Source: Candidatus Adlerbacteria bacterium (GTDB lineage Bacteria; Patescibacteriota; Minisyncoccia; Phycocordibacterales; SBAW01). Taken from it: a DNA stretch of 64,000 nt. The stretch is from NCBI GenBank assembly GCA_963749085.1, contig CAVVLG010000002.1, positions 445,863 through 509,862 on the forward strand, read 5' to 3'. Made by a program: the position numbers and the translations under genes. Below, in pieces: positions 60,843 to 64,000 of the stretch (position 1 is its first letter; each line of letters begins with the position of its first letter). The notes beneath the pieces were generated by a model. The model saw nothing but the letters and a program-made list of their open reading frames with translations, did not search any database and was not told the DNA's origin.

Positions 60843-60984
60843 GGCTCGTTCGGTTAGAGTTTATAAAGCAAGATGGACTTTCAATATTATAACTCATTTC
60901 CGTGTTTTTGATGTCTCCAGACCCTCCTGGACTCCCAGGAGGGTCTGCGTCATCCATTAGACCGTTAACAATTAACGGCAATAT

Positions 60985-62310
60985 ATGGAAACAGCAACGA
61001 TTCAAGGTGGTTTTGGGGCGGCAGTCGCTCCCGCAGAGGCCGTGTCTCTTAAGTACTGTCTGTACGCGAGAAAAAGCACGGAATCGGAAGAACAGCAGGT
61101 GTTGAGCATCGATAGCCAGATAAAGGAGATGCTAGCCTTAGCTGAGAAAGAGAAGTTAGAGATCGTAGAGATCAAGCGCGAAAGCCATTCCGCCAAAGAA
61201 GCCGGAGCGCGTCCGGTCTTCAACGAGATTGTGGACGAGATACGCACTGGGAAGTTCAACGGGATATTAACGTGGGCACCCGATCGTATATCACGCAATG
61301 CCGGAGACTTGGGACGCATAGTGGACTTGATGGATAGTAAGCACCTCGTCGACATCCGCACCTATGGCCAGCGCTTCGGCAACAATCCGAATGAGAAGTT
61401 TCTTCTGATGATTCTCGGGAGCCAAGCGAAGCTCGAGAACGACAACAAGCGCATTAACGTAAAGCGCGGATTGAAGGCGAGAGCGGAGATGGGGTTGTTC
61501 CCGTGCACCGCGCCGACGGGATACTTCAACGACAACCGAAGTGACCATCGCTGCGAGATTGTCATCGATCCGATTCGCGCGCCCTTGATGAAGCAGATGT
61601 TCGAGAAGGTTGGTCAGGAACGGTGGAGCGGGAGAAAGACCTACTTGTGGCTCAAGAACGATGCTCGATTTACGAGCAAGAGCGGCAAGGCCTTGAGCTT
61701 GAGCAATGTATACAACTTGCTTCGCAATCCCTTCTTCTGCGGCGTGTTCGAGTATCCAAGAGGCAGTGGGAGCTGGTATACCGGCAAGCATCAGTCGCTC
61801 ATCTCACAGGAGCTGTTCCAAGCAGTCCAAGAAAAGCTCGCCGAGGAAACGCGCAAGAAAACCGCCCGCAACGACTTCACCTTCACCAAGCTCATGACCT
61901 GCGGTCTCTGCGGCTCCGGCATCACGGCTCAGGAGAAATCGAAAGCGCTCAAGGACGGTTCGACCAACTGGTACATCTATTACTCCTGCACCAAGAGCCG
62001 AGACAAATCCTGCAAGAACCCATTTGTACGTGAGGACTACCTTGTCACACAACTTCTCGGTATCATCGACCAAATCAGTATCGACGAGATTGGGGCACGC
62101 TCACTGATTGAACGTGAGGTTGCGAGATACAACACGCTGCGTGCGGAGGTGGAGGGTGTGCCGGAAACCCTTAAAGCCAATGAAATGGACTTCAGAAAGT
62201 ATGCGAAGTATCTTCTCAAGAACGGGAGTCCAACTGAGCAACGAGAATTGCTTGAGCACTTGCGGAACCGACTTGTGCTGAAAGACCGACAAATCGCACT
62301 CGAGAGCTAA
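60985..62310 (+). CDS. large serine recombinase 2
   Basis: YARKST, DRISRN, CGLCG...YYSC; clear paralog of recombinase 1. Confidence 0.93.
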   Translation: METATIQGGFGAAVAPAEAVSLKYCLYARKSTESEEQQVLSIDSQIKEMLALAEKEKLEIVEIKRESHSAKEAGARPVFNEIVDEIRTGKFNGILTWAPDRISRNAGDLGRIVDLMDSKHLVDIRTYGQRFGNNPNEKFLLMILGSQAKLENDNKRINVKRGLKARAEMGLFPCTAPTGYFNDNRSDHRCEIVIDPIRAPLMKQMFEKVGQERWSGRKTYLWLKNDARFTSKSGKALSLSNVYNLLRNPFFCGVFEYPRGSGSWYTGKHQSLISQELFQAVQEKLAEETRKKTARNDFTFTKLMTCGLCGSGITAQEKSKALKDGSTNWYIYYSCTKSRDKSCKNPFVREDYLVTQLLGIIDQISIDEIGARSLIEREVARYNTLRAEVEGVPETLKANEMDFRKYAKYLLKNGSPTEQRELLEHLRNRLVLKDRQIALES

Positions 62311-62313
62311 CGC

Positions 62314-62340
62314 AAAAGCCGGAGCGAATCTCCGGCTTTT
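62314..62340 (+). terminator. intrinsic terminator
   Basis: AAAAGCCGGAG-CGAAT-CTCCGGCTTTT. Confidence 0.75.
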
Positions 62341-62504
62341 ACGGGCAAACACCCTGCACGGTATCGCACTTTTTACGATGCCTCACGGACGTTAATTAGG
62401 TCTCTGACTGCGGTGCCCCTGCTCGGTCTCGACCCTGTGTGGGTGAGACCCTGTAAGGCTTCTTTAGGGGATTCCAGTATAGCAGAGCGAGGCCGCTCGG
62501 TCTG

Positions 62505-62715
62505 GGGCAAAACCGAACAAACCGAACACGGAAACAGGGTGTTTGAGTGTTCGCTTTTTGTTCAGAAATGGGACGAATGGGACACTTTTTGCATGATTTT
62601 GAAGTGTCCCATTTTGAGAGACAGGTGTCTTATTCGCCTCTAGAAAATGGCTCAGCCATATAAAAATGAGACAAATGAGACACTATTTGAGGGTATTTGA
62701 GGAGTGCCCCATTTT
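62505..62715. repeat. modular direct+inverted short-repeat block C
   Basis: AAACCGAACA x2, 19 bp, TGTTCG; AATGGGAC(G/A) x2, 20 bp, TGTCCCATTTT; AATGAGACA x2, 22 bp, TGCCCCATTTT. Confidence 0.8.
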
Positions 62716-62758
62716 CAGGAGGCTCCAAAATATGCCTTAATCGCAGGACCTTGATGGC

Positions 62759-62787
62759 TTGACAAAACCGTTTTTTGGGTATATAAT
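62759..62787 (+). promoter_or_regulatory. perfect-consensus sigma70 promoter
   Basis: TTGACA, 17 bp, TATAAT. Confidence 0.8.
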
Positions 62788-62918
62788 TGCCAACAAAGTT
62801 CCTTTATAACCTACTTGTAATCGCCATAGCGTAGAGATGCTTATTGATAGGCATTTGTGCGCTATGGCGAAACGCAATACCGTGTTAGCCCGCTAGCGTA
62901 GTCCGAAAGGAACTGACC

Positions 62919-63311
62919 ATGTCAGAACATGCTCAGCTGATGGTCCGCGACATTCGCGGCCCGTTCTCGCAACTGCTCGTCAACCTCTCTGGAGACAACG
63001 GTCAGGAATGGCTCAATGCGCTCCAGTGGTTTCTCCGTAAGGAGAACCCGTGGTCTCATTGCACCGATACGTCCATTCTGGACAAGTTAATTAAGGACGT
63101 TTTTACGTCAGAAGTCGTTATGAAGCAGGGGATTAAGAATGGCCGTCGTGTAATCTCGGACCGTCTTGCTCTTGATCAAATTCTCACTATCGGAGATCTT
63201 GTCAAGCTTTCGGAAAGAGAACTGTTTCGTATTCCATTTTTCGGCAAAAAGTATGTCGGCGTCATTAAGGAAGTGCTCGCCGGCTACGGACTCCATCTCG
63301 CTAACGACTGA
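62919..63311 (+). CDS. stand-alone RNA polymerase alpha-CTD-like protein
   Basis: ILTIGDLVKLSERELFRIPFFGKKYVGVIKEVL..YGL resembles the alphaCTD HhH signature. Confidence 0.75.
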   Translation: MSEHAQLMVRDIRGPFSQLLVNLSGDNGQEWLNALQWFLRKENPWSHCTDTSILDKLIKDVFTSEVVMKQGIKNGRRVISDRLALDQILTIGDLVKLSERELFRIPFFGKKYVGVIKEVLAGYGLHLAND

Positions 63312-63449
63312 TGCAATCTGTTCGCAACCCCACGCAATTCGGCGTGGGGTTTTACTTTGAAAATTGAGCCTTTGAATGAAGGCATCGAATAGCCTCTCAA
63401 ACGGGAACCCCACACAATTTGGTGTGGGGGTTTTTACTTTACATAGATT

Positions 63450-63998
63450 TTATTCTACAGGAGGTACGGGATAACCCACAGCCTCAGCCAGTTCCCAAAA
63501 ATCCATTTTCTTCCTCTCAATAAGCACCTTTTGACACTCTGCCACTGCCTCGTCATAAGTAGTGAAAAGAGCACGGACAGCCTTCTTTTGTTTCTCATCT
63601 AAGCCTTCAAGTTCAGTCTCGATTTGACCTTGTCTCTCACGGGCGTACTCGGCCTGTCGCTCTATCCAACCGAGCATTTTCTTTCTGAACATTTCTTGCA
63701 TCTGAGGGTCAAGTTCCTCGCGAGTCTTTAGGCCCCGCATTTTCCTTGTCATATCAATTTGAAACTCTCTAAAGAGTGCGTCGGCTTCGCGCGTAAATAC
63801 CACTCCATCCATGCCCGAGGTGTTAAGGTCTGCAAGCGCCACACTACGTTCTACAAGACTCGATTCCGGTTTTAGATTTGGCTGGTATAAAACCTGCTTT
63901 TTTTGAGTAAGGCTAAAAATATGTCCGGGCACTGTTACCAATATTGCCTTCCTTACTAGCTCGCATTCTGCATCAGTAAACACTTTTTGCTCTTTCAT
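63450..63998 (-). CDS. hypothetical protein (start may lie at or beyond the window edge)
   Basis: 182-aa helical ORF. Confidence 0.55.
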   Translation of the reverse strand: MKEQKVFTDAECELVRKAILVTVPGHIFSLTQKKQVLYQPNLKPESSLVERSVALADLNTSGMDGVVFTREADALFREFQIDMTRKMRGLKTREELDPQMQEMFRKKMLGWIERQAEYARERQGQIETELEGLDEKQKKAVRALFTTYDEAVAECQKVLIERKKMDFWELAEAVGYPVPPVE

Positions 63999-64000
63999 CC

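Noticed and set aside
52818-62715. CRISPR array
   Set aside because: No constant 23-47-bp repeat with regular spacing and no cas genes; units differ in sequence
57178-64000. Prophage
   Set aside because: No terminase, capsid, tail, primase or lysis genes are visible in the window

Overview
Bacterial chromosome fragment that looks like Patescibacteria/CPR (Parcubacteria-like): a class-II glyQS, rplK without rplA, an unlinked 23S gene, many apparently leaderless genes and a large PG-binding surface protein. Bases 1-40.6 kb are mostly housekeeping: 5' end of 23S rRNA, rplJL, ftsK, recA, efp, rpsF-ssb-rpsR, metG, glyQS, recO, ileS with an inserted histidine-phosphatase domain, argS, a dTMP/folate cluster, secE-nusG-rplK and mscL. 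A cluster of frameshifted genes lies at 4.8-9.8 kb. Bases 40.6-64 kb are accessory. They contain (i) a radical SAM gene upstream of a tiny ORF with three GANTGSxGA repeats (RiPP-like); (ii) a recombinase-free cassette array at the tRNA-His 3' end, bounded by 75-bp repeats and including a CDPS-like gene; (iii) two IS5-family copies; (iv) a duplicated His-rich-protein/CAX antiporter module; and (v) two large serine recombinases flanked by three non-coding blocks built from serial, sequence-variant units of two direct repeats, a ~20-bp spacer and an inverted repeat. All functional calls come from motif recognition by eye; no database searches were run.
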